The notes under the pieces are model-generated. The model did no database searches. It was not told the DNA's origin and worked only from the letters and a program-made list of their open reading frames with translations. Shown piece after piece: positions 29,268 through 38,898 of a stretch of DNA of 64,000 nt (positions within the stretch are counted from its first letter, which is position 1; every line of letters begins with the position of its first letter). Source of the DNA: an uncultured Candidatus Saccharibacteria bacterium. Its GTDB lineage: Bacteria > Patescibacteriota > Minisyncoccia > UBA6257 > Colwellbacteraceae. The translations under genes were made by a program, and so were the position numbers. Location: contig CAZLHU010000001.1 in assembly GCA_964559765.1 (NCBI GenBank), positions 148,164 through 212,163 of the forward strand, read 5' to 3'.

Positions 29268-29312
29268 GACGCTGTCCCGAAAGGGTTGTGGGTTCGAGTC
29301 CCACCTCGCCCA
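29231..29312 (+). tRNA. tRNA-Leu(TAG)
   Basis: GGGCGAG acceptor stem, CAGCG-CT-TAG-GA-CGCTG, long variable arm CCCGAAAGGG, GTTCGAGTC. Confidence 0.96.
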
Positions 29313-29327
29313 CAAAATAAAAAATCT

Positions 29328-29579
29328 TTAACACGCGTGATCGTCGCTGCCGCGCTTTGGGATTTTTTTGAAGCTTGGGGCAAAGGCTAAATATGTTACT
29401 CCGTCGCTGCCCTTGCGTTCTTTAGTCTCCCACTTGGCCGATTTAGCCCAGCTATTAACCACTTCATTCTTTTTGTCCTGCGGCAGGGAGTATAGCGACC
29501 GTAATTCATCTTTGGTCGGCTGCCGACCGTGGGCGGCTGTATATAGGTCCCTGAAACCATACGCACATTCTATATCCAT
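29328..29579 (-). CDS. Hypothetical protein
   Basis: 83-aa ORF 17 nt downstream of the recombinase, on the same strand. Confidence 0.6.
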   Translation of the reverse strand: MDIECAYGFRDLYTAAHGRQPTKDELRSLYSLPQDKKNEVVNSWAKSAKWETKERKGSDGVTYLAFAPSFKKIPKRGSDDHAC

Positions 29580-29596
29580 AGTCTTATTATAGTTGT

Positions 29597-30496
29597 TTAT
29601 TCTTTGCGCCTGCGCCCGTGAAAGGCGTGGTGGATTTCCCGCAGCTCTTTGTTTGTGACGTGGGTATACACTTGGGTGGTGGAAATATTTGCGTGGCCCA
29701 GAAGCTCCTGGACGGAACGCAGATCAGCCCCATTCATCAATAGATCGGTCGCGAATTGATGGCGTAGTTGATGCGGGGTTATATGTTTTGGGATACCGGC
29801 CACGCGTGCATATAAGGAGACTAGACGCTGTACAGCTCTTGGTGTGATTCTCCCCACTATCTTCGGCTGCAAGCCCTTCGATAGACTGGGAAACAGTTCG
29901 GGTTCTACATCCACCCTTTTACTTAAATAATCCTTTAATACTTTTTTAGCTCTGTCGGAAATAAATACAACCCGCAGCTTTTCCCCTTTTCCACGGACAG
30001 TGAATTCCCCTCGGTCAATTGGTATGGATCGGTCCAACGCGCACAATTCCGATATCCTGAGCCCCGTCGAGAATAGTAGTTCTAATATCGCCCGATCGCG
30101 GACGGCTCTCAGTCCCGTGCCTTTTGGCGCATCAAGCAGCCTCTCAAGGTCGTTGTATTCCATAACCTGGATCTGGCGGGTCGGTATCTTGGGTAGCTCT
30201 ATCATCTCGGGGGACACGACATCGATCCCGCGTTTGATCATGTATTTAAGGAAGTTGCGCAGGACGATTACGTAGTAAGCTTGAGTGCCCTTTTTCATCT
30301 CAGTTCCGGCCTCGGAGATCTTTATGCGAAAATCGCGGATAGTTTTCTCGTTGAGGTCGTCGGTCGTTTTGGCGCCGGACACCTCGATGAACTTCTTGAG
30401 GCAGTGTTCATAGCTCCGACGGGTTAGTGCGGAGCGGTTTTTCTCTATGGATAGATAATCCAGATATTCGTGGAGTAGGTCTTCCAGGTTGGCCAT
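29597..30496 (-). CDS. Tyrosine recombinase, XerC/XerD family
   Basis: 'RDRAILELLFSTGLRISEL', 'GKGEK.R', 'HQLRH', 'LLGHA...TQVYT'. Confidence 0.95.
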   Translation of the reverse strand: MANLEDLLHEYLDYLSIEKNRSALTRRSYEHCLKKFIEVSGAKTTDDLNEKTIRDFRIKISEAGTEMKKGTQAYYVIVLRNFLKYMIKRGIDVVSPEMIELPKIPTRQIQVMEYNDLERLLDAPKGTGLRAVRDRAILELLFSTGLRISELCALDRSIPIDRGEFTVRGKGEKLRVVFISDRAKKVLKDYLSKRVDVEPELFPSLSKGLQPKIVGRITPRAVQRLVSLYARVAGIPKHITPHQLRHQFATDLLMNGADLRSVQELLGHANISTTQVYTHVTNKELREIHHAFHGRRRKE

Positions 30497-30522
30497 TAAG
30501 CATATTATACGACAGTAAAGCT

Positions 30523-30551
30523 TTGACGGCCAGCTTAAAAGCTGGTATAGT
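30523..30551 (+). promoter_or_regulatory. rpsO promoter (near-leaderless)
   Basis: TTGACG-17-TATAGT; the ATG follows 8 nt after the -10 element. Confidence 0.75.
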
Positions 30552-30559
30552 GGCTCAGA

Positions 30560-30826
30560 ATGTTAACTACTCGCAAGAAGCAAAACATAATAACCGAGCA
30601 CCGTTCTCACGATACCGACACTGGTTCTACCGCCGTACAGGTGGCTCTTTTGAGCCGGCAGATAGACGAATTGGCACTGCATTTGAAGAAACATCCCGGA
30701 GACAACCACTCCCGTCGCGGTCTCTTGGGTATGGTTAGTAAACGCCGCCGATTGCTGAAATATCTCGAGGAAAGCAATCCAAGGACATACGCCGCGGTTA
30801 CTAAGAAGTTGGGTTTGAAAAAATAA
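30560..30826 (+). CDS. rpsO: 30S ribosomal protein S15
   Basis: 'DTGSTAVQVALL', 'DNHSRRGLLGMVSKRRRLLKYL'. Confidence 0.98.
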   Translation: MLTTRKKQNIITEHRSHDTDTGSTAVQVALLSRQIDELALHLKKHPGDNHSRRGLLGMVSKRRRLLKYLEESNPRTYAAVTKKLGLKK

Positions 30827-31360
30827 ATGGCGCCGACTCCGCAGAAGGACCAACGTATAGGAATCTTCATCGATATACAGAACCTCTATCACTCGGCCAA
30901 AAATTTGTATGGCGGCCGGGTCAACTACACCGAGCTTATGCGCCAGTTGGTTGGCGATAGGCGGCTTGTTCGCGCGATCGCTTATGTTGTTAAGAGCGAC
31001 CCCTCTACCGGAGAGGAAAGTTTCTTCGATGCTTTGGAAAAAGCCGGCATTGAATTGAGGTCCAAAGATATCCAAGTGTGGGCCGACGGCAGCAAGAAGG
31101 CTGATTGGGACGTAGGAATGGCCGTAGACGCCATCCGCGTAGCCGATATGGTTGATGTAGTGGTGTTGGCGACTGGAGACGGAGACTTCGTACCCCTGGT
31201 CGAATATTTAAAATGGGGATTGGGACGGAATGTCGAGGTGGCGGGTTTCGGCCGCACGACCTCATCGATGCTCCGCGGAGTTGCCGAAGTTTTCCATGAT
31301 ATAGAGAAAATGCCCAGGGTCGTTTTCAAGTCTATGAAGCGCACTCGTCGGGATTTGTAG
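30827..31360 (+). CDS. NYN/LabA-DUF88 domain protein
   Basis: 'IFIDIQNLY', 'KADWDVGMAVD', 'TGDGDFVPLVEY'. Confidence 0.92.
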   Translation: MAPTPQKDQRIGIFIDIQNLYHSAKNLYGGRVNYTELMRQLVGDRRLVRAIAYVVKSDPSTGEESFFDALEKAGIELRSKDIQVWADGSKKADWDVGMAVDAIRVADMVDVVVLATGDGDFVPLVEYLKWGLGRNVEVAGFGRTTSSMLRGVAEVFHDIEKMPRVVFKSMKRTRRDL

Positions 31361-31427
31361 AAAAGATAAAACGTATTCTAGAAGTAGTCGTCGGAATGCA
31401 TAAAACAAACAATTAAATAAAAACAAA

Positions 31428-33536
31428 ATGGATCTAAACAGAAAGACCTTTTCAATTGACGTCGCCGGAAGACCAATGACGATAGAAGTATCGCGGCTTG
31501 CCGAGCAGGCCAGTGGTGCGGTGATGGCGACATATGGCGAAACCACAGTCCTAACGACCGTGGTTATGGGAAAGGAAGATAGGGCAATCGATTACTTGCC
31601 GCTAAGCGTCGATTACGAAGAGCGCTTCTACGCAGCGGGGAAGATTCTCGGAAGCCGCTTTGTCCGCAGGGAAGGGCGTCCTTCGGACGACGCGATACTC
31701 TCCGGACGCCTGGTGGACAGGGCTATAAGGCCTTTGTTCGACCAGCGTATTCGCCGTGACATACAGGTTGTGATCACAGTCGTTTCATACGACGAGCAGA
31801 ATGATCCAGACTTGATCGCTCTCACCGCCGTTTCCACGGCCCTGGGTATATCAGACATACCATTCAACGGTCCGGTTTCCGGCCTGCGCGTATCCAAAAT
31901 AAATAATGAGTTTAAGATTAACCCGTTTATCGGCGAACTGGCTGATAATCCAGTTAAGTTCGAGACGTTCGTCGCTGGGGTCGGCAATAAGGTCGTGAAT
32001 ATGATCGAGTTGTCCGGGGACGACGCGTCTGAGGATGACGTCATGAAGGCCTTTGATATGGCAACCGATGAAATCGAAAAATTGAACGACTTCCAGAAAA
32101 AGATAATCAAGGAAATCGGAAAAGAGAAGACAACCGTTAAATTATGGGAACCGGACGGTCAGTTGAAGGTTGATATATTGGAATTTTTGAAGGACAAGCT
32201 TGAAGGAGCGGTATATGAGCACGATAAGACCAAGCGTGATAATAACGTCCGCGACCTTATGGCTGATATGCGCAAGTATCTCGAGGATAAAAGCTATGCC
32301 GGCAAGGATCTTGAGGCAGCTATATATTTGATGGACGAGGAGATTAATAATTTGGTGCATCACAAGATACTGACTGCCGACCAGCGCCAGGATGGACGGC
32401 GTTTGGACCAGCTTCGCGATCTGTATGCCGAAGTTGGAACCCTGCATCGCACTCATGGATCGGCTGTATTCATGCGCGGCAACACCCAGTCGCTCGCTTC
32501 CGTAACAATCGCCCCTCCGGGAGCGGAACAATTAGTTGAGTCCATGGAGGGTTCGAGCAAGCGCAGGTTCATGCTTCACTACAATTTTCCTCCTTACTCC
32601 GTCGGTGAGACCGGCAGGGTGGGATCTCCGGGACGCCGCGATATCGGCCACGGCAGACTTGCCGAGAAGGCTATCCGTCCGCTTATTCCGGCGAAGGAAA
32701 ACTTCCCCTACACCATTCGTATAGTGTCCGAAATCATGTCCTCTAATGGCTCATCGTCTATGGCTACGGTTTGTGCCTCAAGCCTCGCTCTTATGGATGC
32801 GGGCGTACCAATTACCAAGCCAGCTGCGGGAATAGCTATGGGTCTAATGAGCGACGACGGTGGTAATTATAAAGTCCTGACCGACATTCAGGGGCCAGAA
32901 GATCACCATGGTGACATGGATTTCAAGGTTGCTGGTACGCGCGATGGGGTGAATGCCCTCCAGATGGACGTTAAGGTTCATGGGGTCAGTTTGAAAATAC
33001 TCAGTGACACTTTAGCTCAAGCCAAGAAAGCTCGTTTTGAGATACTCGATGTGATTGAAAAAGTTCTAAGTAAACCCAGGCCCGAGTTGTCTAGACTTGC
33101 CCCGAGGGTTCTTATGGTGGAGATAGACCCTTCCAGGATAGGCGAATTGGTCGGCCCGGGCGGCAAGGTCATAAACGGTCTTATCGCCAGCACGGGAGTC
33201 ACCTCTATAGATATAGAACAAGACGGCAAAGTGTTTGTAGCTTCGGCTTTGCCCGATGCGGCTGAAAAAGCCATAGCTGAGATAAAGTCCATGATGCGCG
33301 ACTTTAAAGTCGGGGAAATAGTTGAAGGCCCGATAATCCGCATCCTGGAGTTTGGAGCGATAGTCGATCTTGGTGGAGGTAAAGACGGCATGGTGCATGT
33401 ATCGGAGATCAAGAACGGCTTCGTTAAGAATGTTACCGACGTATTGAAACTCGGCGACCACGTCAGAGCCAAAATAATCAAAGCGGAAAACGGAAAGATC
33501 GGCCTGTCCATAAAACAGCTTCAGGATCAGGGTTAA
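31428..33536 (+). CDS. pnp: Polyribonucleotide nucleotidyltransferase
   Basis: Two RNase PH domains ('HYNFPPYSVGE', 'SNGSSSMA', 'GDMDFKVAG') plus KH and S1 domains. Confidence 0.98.
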   Translation: MDLNRKTFSIDVAGRPMTIEVSRLAEQASGAVMATYGETTVLTTVVMGKEDRAIDYLPLSVDYEERFYAAGKILGSRFVRREGRPSDDAILSGRLVDRAIRPLFDQRIRRDIQVVITVVSYDEQNDPDLIALTAVSTALGISDIPFNGPVSGLRVSKINNEFKINPFIGELADNPVKFETFVAGVGNKVVNMIELSGDDASEDDVMKAFDMATDEIEKLNDFQKKIIKEIGKEKTTVKLWEPDGQLKVDILEFLKDKLEGAVYEHDKTKRDNNVRDLMADMRKYLEDKSYAGKDLEAAIYLMDEEINNLVHHKILTADQRQDGRRLDQLRDLYAEVGTLHRTHGSAVFMRGNTQSLASVTIAPPGAEQLVESMEGSSKRRFMLHYNFPPYSVGETGRVGSPGRRDIGHGRLAEKAIRPLIPAKENFPYTIRIVSEIMSSNGSSSMATVCASSLALMDAGVPITKPAAGIAMGLMSDDGGNYKVLTDIQGPEDHHGDMDFKVAGTRDGVNALQMDVKVHGVSLKILSDTLAQAKKARFEILDVIEKVLSKPRPELSRLAPRVLMVEIDPSRIGELVGPGGKVINGLIASTGVTSIDIEQDGKVFVASALPDAAEKAIAEIKSMMRDFKVGEIVEGPIIRILEFGAIVDLGGGKDGMVHVSEIKNGFVKNVTDVLKLGDHVRAKIIKAENGKIGLSIKQLQDQG

Positions 33537-33576
33537 TCGATCCATCGCCGCAATCCAGGATTATCCACTAATCCAC

Positions 33577-33604
33577 AACACAGCCCGCAATTGCGGGCTG
33601 TGTT
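33577..33604. terminator. Perfect 28-bp palindrome after pnp (probable terminator)
   Basis: AACACAGCCCGCAA|TTGCGGGCTGTGTT. Confidence 0.65.
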
Positions 33605-33622
33605 AAGTGCTATACTTTTAAC

Positions 33623-34876
33623 ATGGAAGAAAATAATAACCCGGTGAACGTGCCGCCTCCAGGCAACTTCCCGGTTCCGCCGAATGGGGGACAGCAAAAT
33701 ATTCCAACGCCGCCGGTTTCGATGCCGACGCCGCCACCGCCTGCACCCAATCCGATCCCCGTTCCTCCTCCGATACCCACGCCGCCACCAATGCCCACTC
33801 CGTCTCCAATAAGGCCGATGGGCCCAGGCGTTATTCCGCCATCAGTTCCTGGGAGTGTGCCGCCACCGCCACCGCCAGAGATAGGCATACGCACTATGGA
33901 TAGCGATATGAAGTCGATGCAGTCTTCCGGCGGGACCGGAGTGACCCCGCAGACCTTCAAGCCTGAAGATATGTTCGCAATGCCCAGCAACTCCGTGCCT
34001 AATATCTCACCCAAGCCCTCTGCTTCTAGTCCGATAGGCGTTCCAACCGTAAAAGTTATAGGTCCACAGAAATCTAACCGCAGAGTAATAATACTTGTGT
34101 GTATTGTTATAGTGCTGATATTGATCTGGGCCGCCGTCCAATTCCTTGTTGTCCCAGCTTTGCATTCATCCCCGGCTACTCCAGTCGCGCCGGCCGCCGT
34201 CACCACAAACGTACCAGTTGCCACTTCGACCGCGCCTGCGGTGCCGACTTCCACGCCGGTCTCATTCGTCCATCAGAGTTTCTTTAAGACCGCGGCCCCC
34301 GTATCGGCTGCGATATCGCTGGCTAGTCCATTAACCTTGGCTGGATTGCAGGGGGGCGTTGCCTCATCCACTATGTCGCCTAAATCGTCCGGCACCCTTG
34401 AGGAGTTGATCTTCACAAGTGGTTCAGTTGCGCTACCATCCACTGCCAGCGGCACGGTCGCGGCTATGAGCAGCAGCACTCCGGAGACCGCGCAGGATGT
34501 GCTGGGCGCTTTGCTACCATCGGCTTCCCAAGATTTCCTAAATAGCACCTTTGCCCAGGACGTGACTGGATTCGCCTATTACAACGCCAACGGCGTATGG
34601 CCCGGATACATCTTCAAACTAAACACCGGAGTTGATCTCGCAAGCGCAACCTCGACTTTGAATCCTATAATAGAGGCCAATCCTAATGCTTTCTTCCAAG
34701 CATCGCCAGGGGCGTTGTCCGGATCATTCAGCGACGGATCTCTTCCAGATGGGATGTCGGTGCGGTACGGCGCCTTCAGCAAGAAGGGGGCTGCCTTGGA
34801 ATACGGCTGGTTCAAGGGATACCTTGTGGTGAGCACGTCGTATCAAGGCATAATTTCCGCAGACCAGCGCCTTTAG
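33623..34876 (+). CDS. Proline-rich single-pass membrane protein
   Basis: About 150-aa Pro-rich N-terminus, TM 'VIILVCIVIVLILIWAAVQFLVV', Ser/Thr/Pro linker, globular C-terminus. Confidence 0.8.
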   Translation: MEENNNPVNVPPPGNFPVPPNGGQQNIPTPPVSMPTPPPPAPNPIPVPPPIPTPPPMPTPSPIRPMGPGVIPPSVPGSVPPPPPPEIGIRTMDSDMKSMQSSGGTGVTPQTFKPEDMFAMPSNSVPNISPKPSASSPIGVPTVKVIGPQKSNRRVIILVCIVIVLILIWAAVQFLVVPALHSSPATPVAPAAVTTNVPVATSTAPAVPTSTPVSFVHQSFFKTAAPVSAAISLASPLTLAGLQGGVASSTMSPKSSGTLEELIFTSGSVALPSTASGTVAAMSSSTPETAQDVLGALLPSASQDFLNSTFAQDVTGFAYYNANGVWPGYIFKLNTGVDLASATSTLNPIIEANPNAFFQASPGALSGSFSDGSLPDGMSVRYGAFSKKGAALEYGWFKGYLVVSTSYQGIISADQRL

Positions 34877-34888
34877 GATCTTCGGCGC

Positions 34889-34957
34889 TTGATATCTAAG
34901 AGCTGCTCGAATATAATAAATTTATCATGAAAGGTCCGTTAAATACGGGCCTTTCAT
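34889..34957 (+). promoter_or_regulatory. nusA promoter and 5' leader hairpin
   Basis: TTGATA-17-TATAAT (34889-34917), then ATGAAAGGTCCGT-TAAAT-ACGGGCCTTTCAT (34927-34957). Confidence 0.7.
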
Positions 34958-34989
34958 CGTAAGAACGTAAAAATAATATAAACAAAAAC

Positions 34990-36249
34990 ATGAATCTAAA
35001 ATCCATCGTCCAGACCGCCGAGCAGATTGCCAAAGACAAGGGCATCGAAGTGAGCAAGGTCTATGAGGCCATAGAGGGCGCACTTGCCGCTGCATATAAA
35101 AAAGAGGAAGGAGATAAAGGAGCTATCATCCGCGCAAAGCTCGACCCAGCTACGGGCGAAGCCAGCTTTACGCGTATCAAGGAAGTCGTGGACGATACGA
35201 TGGTGCGTATAGTCGAAGAGGGCGAAGAAGAAAATGAGCCCGCCGTCGCCGAAGAGGGCGATGAGGCTCGCCTGCCACGCTATAATCCCGAGAGGCATCT
35301 TATGGTTGATGAGGCTAAAAAAATAAAGAAGGACGCGAAAGCGGGCGACGAATTGGAATTCCCTCTTCCCCCATCATCTGATTTCGGCAGGATTGCTACC
35401 CAGGCCGCCAAGCAACGCATTATCCAGATGCTTAGGCAGGCTGAGCGGGAGTCTGTAATCAGCGAATATAAGGGAAAGGAGGGGCAGATAATAAGCGGCA
35501 TAGTCCAGAGGTTTGATCGGGGCAACGTGTCGGTTGATCTCGGCCGCACGCAAGCTTTGATGCTTAGAAACGAAGCGATAGCTGGCGAGCATTATCAGAT
35601 AGGAGAAAGGTTGCGCTTCTATGTCCTCGCCGTTTCTGACGATCCAAAGAGTCGCACTTCCGGAGTGCTCCTATCTAGGAGTCATCCGAAATTCGTGGCG
35701 AAACTTTTCGAATCCGAAGTTCCGGAGATAGCCGATGATGCGGTGGAGATAAAGGCCATTGCTCGCGAGGCGGGCTCGAGGACCAAGATCGCCGTTGCCT
35801 CAAACACTCCGGGCATTGATGCCGTTGGCTCCTGTGTGGGTCAGCGTGGCACCAGGGTTATGACGGTCACCAACGAGCTCGGCTCTGAAAAGATTGATAT
35901 AGTACAATGGTCGCCCAAAGCCGAGGAATTCATCTCTAACTCGCTTGCTCCGGCGGACGTTAAAGGAGTTGAGCTTCTAAATGATCGCGAAGCCAGGGTT
36001 ATGGTTCAGGACGATCAACTCAGTCTGGCTATTGGGAAAGGCGGGCAGAATGTGCGTTTGGCGGCAAAATTGACCGGATGGAAGATAGACGTTCGTCCGA
36101 TCTCCAAACCAAACGAGGTGCAGGAAGGGGGTGTCGCCGCGGCAATCGAATTGGATAACGAGGAGACTTCAACCGTAGAATCGACCGCTAAGGGCAACGT
36201 TGAAGAGGAGGCTAAACCGATTTATCATAAACAGGACGACGACGAATAA
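34990..36249 (+). CDS. nusA: Transcription termination factor NusA
   Basis: 'FGRIATQAAKQ', 'AREAGSRTKIAV', 'LSLAIGKGGQNVRLAAKLTGWKIDV'. Confidence 0.98.
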   Translation: MNLKSIVQTAEQIAKDKGIEVSKVYEAIEGALAAAYKKEEGDKGAIIRAKLDPATGEASFTRIKEVVDDTMVRIVEEGEEENEPAVAEEGDEARLPRYNPERHLMVDEAKKIKKDAKAGDELEFPLPPSSDFGRIATQAAKQRIIQMLRQAERESVISEYKGKEGQIISGIVQRFDRGNVSVDLGRTQALMLRNEAIAGEHYQIGERLRFYVLAVSDDPKSRTSGVLLSRSHPKFVAKLFESEVPEIADDAVEIKAIAREAGSRTKIAVASNTPGIDAVGSCVGQRGTRVMTVTNELGSEKIDIVQWSPKAEEFISNSLAPADVKGVELLNDREARVMVQDDQLSLAIGKGGQNVRLAAKLTGWKIDVRPISKPNEVQEGGVAAAIELDNEETSTVESTAKGNVEEEAKPIYHKQDDDE

Positions 36250-36271
36250 ATAAAAATAAACCAATAAATAA

Positions 36272-38236
36272 ATGTTATACACACTTATTTTCGTTCCGGT
36301 TGCGCTGGCAATAATCTACAGCGTATACCTCACCCTGTGGCTCAAAAAGCAGCCCAAGGGAAGCGCGGATATGGTAGAAATATCCAAAGCTATACAGGAA
36401 GGCTCAATGGCCTACTTGAATCGGCAATATAAGACAGTCGCTGTGGTCGCCGTCATTCTCGCTGTGGCAATTTGGCTGGCCTTGGGATGGCCTATCGCAT
36501 TGGCCTTTTTGGTCGGCGGCATAACCTCCGCCCTCACGGGTTACATAGGTATGAATGTAGCGGTTAGGGCCAATGCCAAGACTGCGGAAGCCGCGAAAAA
36601 GGGACTATTTCCAGCCCTGTCGCTGGCGTTTCGCGCAGGATCTGTCACCGGGCTTTTAGTCACTTCGCTCGGACTTTTAGTCGTATCTGCGACTTATTTC
36701 GTGTCCGGTGGTAATGTACAAACGCTTATTGGTCTTGGGTTCGGCGCCAGTTTGATATCGATTTTCGCTCGTTTAGGCGGGGGTATATACACCAAAGCCG
36801 CTGACGTAGGAACCGACCTGGTCGGCAAGGTGGAGGCAAACATTCCGGAGGATGATCCTCGCAACCCGGGCGTCATCGCCGACAACGTCGGCGACAATGT
36901 CGGCGATTGCGCCGGAATGGCTGCAGATCTTTTCGAGACTTATGCCGTTACACTCACAGCAGCCATCCTTTTGGGTTCGCTCACCGTGGCCTTATCCAAT
37001 GCAATCTGGTTCCCGCTGCTCTTGGGCGGCGTTTCGATAGTCGCCTCGATATTGGGAACATTCTTCGTGCGTCTAAGTAAGAATAATTCCATCATGGGAG
37101 CCCTCTATAAGGGCCTCGTTGCCTCGCTTATTTTCGCCGCTGTAGGGTTCTACTTCGTTTCCACTTACGTATTCGGTGGCGCCTATCTAAATATTTTCCT
37201 ATCATCACTTATTGGTCTTGCGGTCACAGCCCTCATGGTTGTCATAACCGATTACTATACCGCTAAGAAATTCCGCCCAGTGCAGTCCATCGCAGACGCA
37301 TCTAAGTCGGGGCATGGCACGAATATCATCATCGGTCTTTCTGTGGGCATGGAGTCCACTCTCCTTCCGGCATTCGTGATCGCATGCGGAGTATTGGGAA
37401 GCTTCGCCCTATCCGGGGTGTATGGTGTGGCGATCGCGTCCGTAGCCATGCTCTCCGTTGCCGGAATCATAGTTTCCATCGATTCCTTCGGCCCGATCAC
37501 CGATAACGCTGGTGGCATCGCCGAGATGACGAAGCAGCCTGAAGAAATTCGCAAGATTACCGATTCTCTTGATGCGGTGGGGAATACAACCAAGGCCATA
37601 ACCAAGGGATATGCTATCGCCTCCGCCGGCCTTGCGGCCCTAGTGCTTTTCTCAAGTTACGCCAGTGAAGCTAAGGGCATAGTATTCGACCTGAGCAATC
37701 CTTATGTGCTAATCGGCCTTTTGCTCGGTGCGGCGATGGTTTACTTCTTCGCATCCCTTACTCTTCGTTCGGTTGGCCGTGCGGCTGGAGCTGTGGTTGA
37801 TGAGATCCGTCGCCAGTTCCGCGAGATTAAAGGACTTATGGAAGGTACCGCCAAACCGGAATATGGACGTGCGGTTGATATCGTGACCAAGGCAGCGCTC
37901 AAAGAGATGGTCATCCCCGCGCTCATTCCTATAGTTGGCGTGCTGGTTGTCGGGTTTTTGTTCGGCGCACAGGCGTTGGGCGGTTTGTTGATCGGCGTGA
38001 TCGTGGGCGGACTGTTCATGGCCTTGTCTATGACCGCCGGCGGCGCGGCTTGGGACAATGCCAAGAAGTACATTGAAGACGGCCACTTCGGTGGCAAGGG
38101 GTCTGATGCGCATAAGGCGGCTGTCACCGGTGACACGGTCGGCGATCCCTATAAGGACACGACTGGCCCAGCCATCAATCCGCTGATCAAGGTGGTAAAC
38201 ATCATTGCACTACTTATTGTTAGGTTTTTACACTAA
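36272..38236 (+). CDS. hppA: Membrane-bound H+-translocating pyrophosphatase (K+-independent signature)
   Basis: '[20 protein letters not shown]', '[11 protein letters not shown]', 'GNTTKA', '[10 protein letters not shown]'. Confidence 0.96.
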   Translation: MLYTLIFVPVALAIIYSVYLTLWLKKQPKGSADMVEISKAIQEGSMAYLNRQYKTVAVVAVILAVAIWLALGWPIALAFLVGGITSALTGYIGMNVAVRANAKTAEAAKKGLFPALSLAFRAGSVTGLLVTSLGLLVVSATYFVSGGNVQTLIGLGFGASLISIFARLGGGIYTKAADVGTDLVGKVEANIPEDDPRNPGVIADNVGDNVGDCAGMAADLFETYAVTLTAAILLGSLTVALSNAIWFPLLLGGVSIVASILGTFFVRLSKNNSIMGALYKGLVASLIFAAVGFYFVSTYVFGGAYLNIFLSSLIGLAVTALMVVITDYYTAKKFRPVQSIADASKSGHGTNIIIGLSVGMESTLLPAFVIACGVLGSFALSGVYGVAIASVAMLSVAGIIVSIDSFGPITDNAGGIAEMTKQPEEIRKITDSLDAVGNTTKAITKGYAIASAGLAALVLFSSYASEAKGIVFDLSNPYVLIGLLLGAAMVYFFASLTLRSVGRAAGAVVDEIRRQFREIKGLMEGTAKPEYGRAVDIVTKAALKEMVIPALIPIVGVLVVGFLFGAQALGGLLIGVIVGGLFMALSMTAGGAAWDNAKKYIEDGHFGGKGSDAHKAAVTGDTVGDPYKDTTGPAINPLIKVVNIIALLIVRFLH

Positions 38237-38268
38237 CAACTAAAATCCATACTATACTTACATAGAAC

Positions 38269-38898
38269 ATGACAAACTCAAATAAACCGTTGCGTGGCGA
38301 AGATGAGCAGTCGCAATACCTAATCCCCACAGTAATAGAAAAGTCGCCCTACGGCGAAAGGGCCTACGACATATATTCGCGCCTGCTTATAGACAGGATA
38401 ATTTTCCTGAGCGGACCGATTAACGACCAGGTGGCCAACGCTGTGATAGCTCAGTTGCTGCTGTTGCAGAACCAGGATCCTAAGAAGGATATTGATTTGT
38501 ACATAAATTCTCCCGGAGGGATGGTCACGGCTGGCCTAGCAATATACGACACAATGCAGAACATAAAGCCAGATGTCCGGACGATCTGTGTCGGAACAGC
38601 GGCTTCAATGGCAGCTTTCATATTGGCTTCGGGAAAGAAGGGCAAGCGCCAAGCTTTGCCCAACTCGGAGATACTCCTGCATCAGGTCATGGGCGGCGTT
38701 GAGGGCCAAGCTAGCGACATAGAAATTGAGGCTCGCCAGATAATTAAATTAAAGGCGAAGATGAACGATATTTTGGCCAAACACACCGGGAAGCCGTTGG
38801 CTCAAATAATCAAAGACACCGATCGCAATTTCTGGCTATCAGCTGATGAAGCCAAGGAATACGGTGTTATAGATGAAGTCATCAAAAAATCTAAATAA
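38269..38898 (+). CDS. clpP: ATP-dependent Clp protease proteolytic subunit
   Basis: '[11 protein letters not shown]', 'YINSPGG', 'AASMAA', 'LHQ', 'DTDR'. Confidence 0.97.
   Translation: MTNSNKPLRGEDEQSQYLIPTVIEKSPYGERAYDIYSRLLIDRIIFLSGPINDQVANAVIAQLLLLQNQDPKKDIDLYINSPGGMVTAGLAIYDTMQNIKPDVRTICVGTAASMAAFILASGKKGKRQALPNSEILLHQVMGGVEGQASDIEIEARQIIKLKAKMNDILAKHTGKPLAQIIKDTDRNFWLSADEAKEYGVIDEVIKKSK

Noticed and set aside
29328-30496. Tyrosine recombinase next to tRNA-Leu as a prophage or island integrase
   Set aside because: It is Xer-sized with no arm-binding extension, is flanked by rpsO-pnp, and I found no duplicated tRNA 3' end or phage genes.
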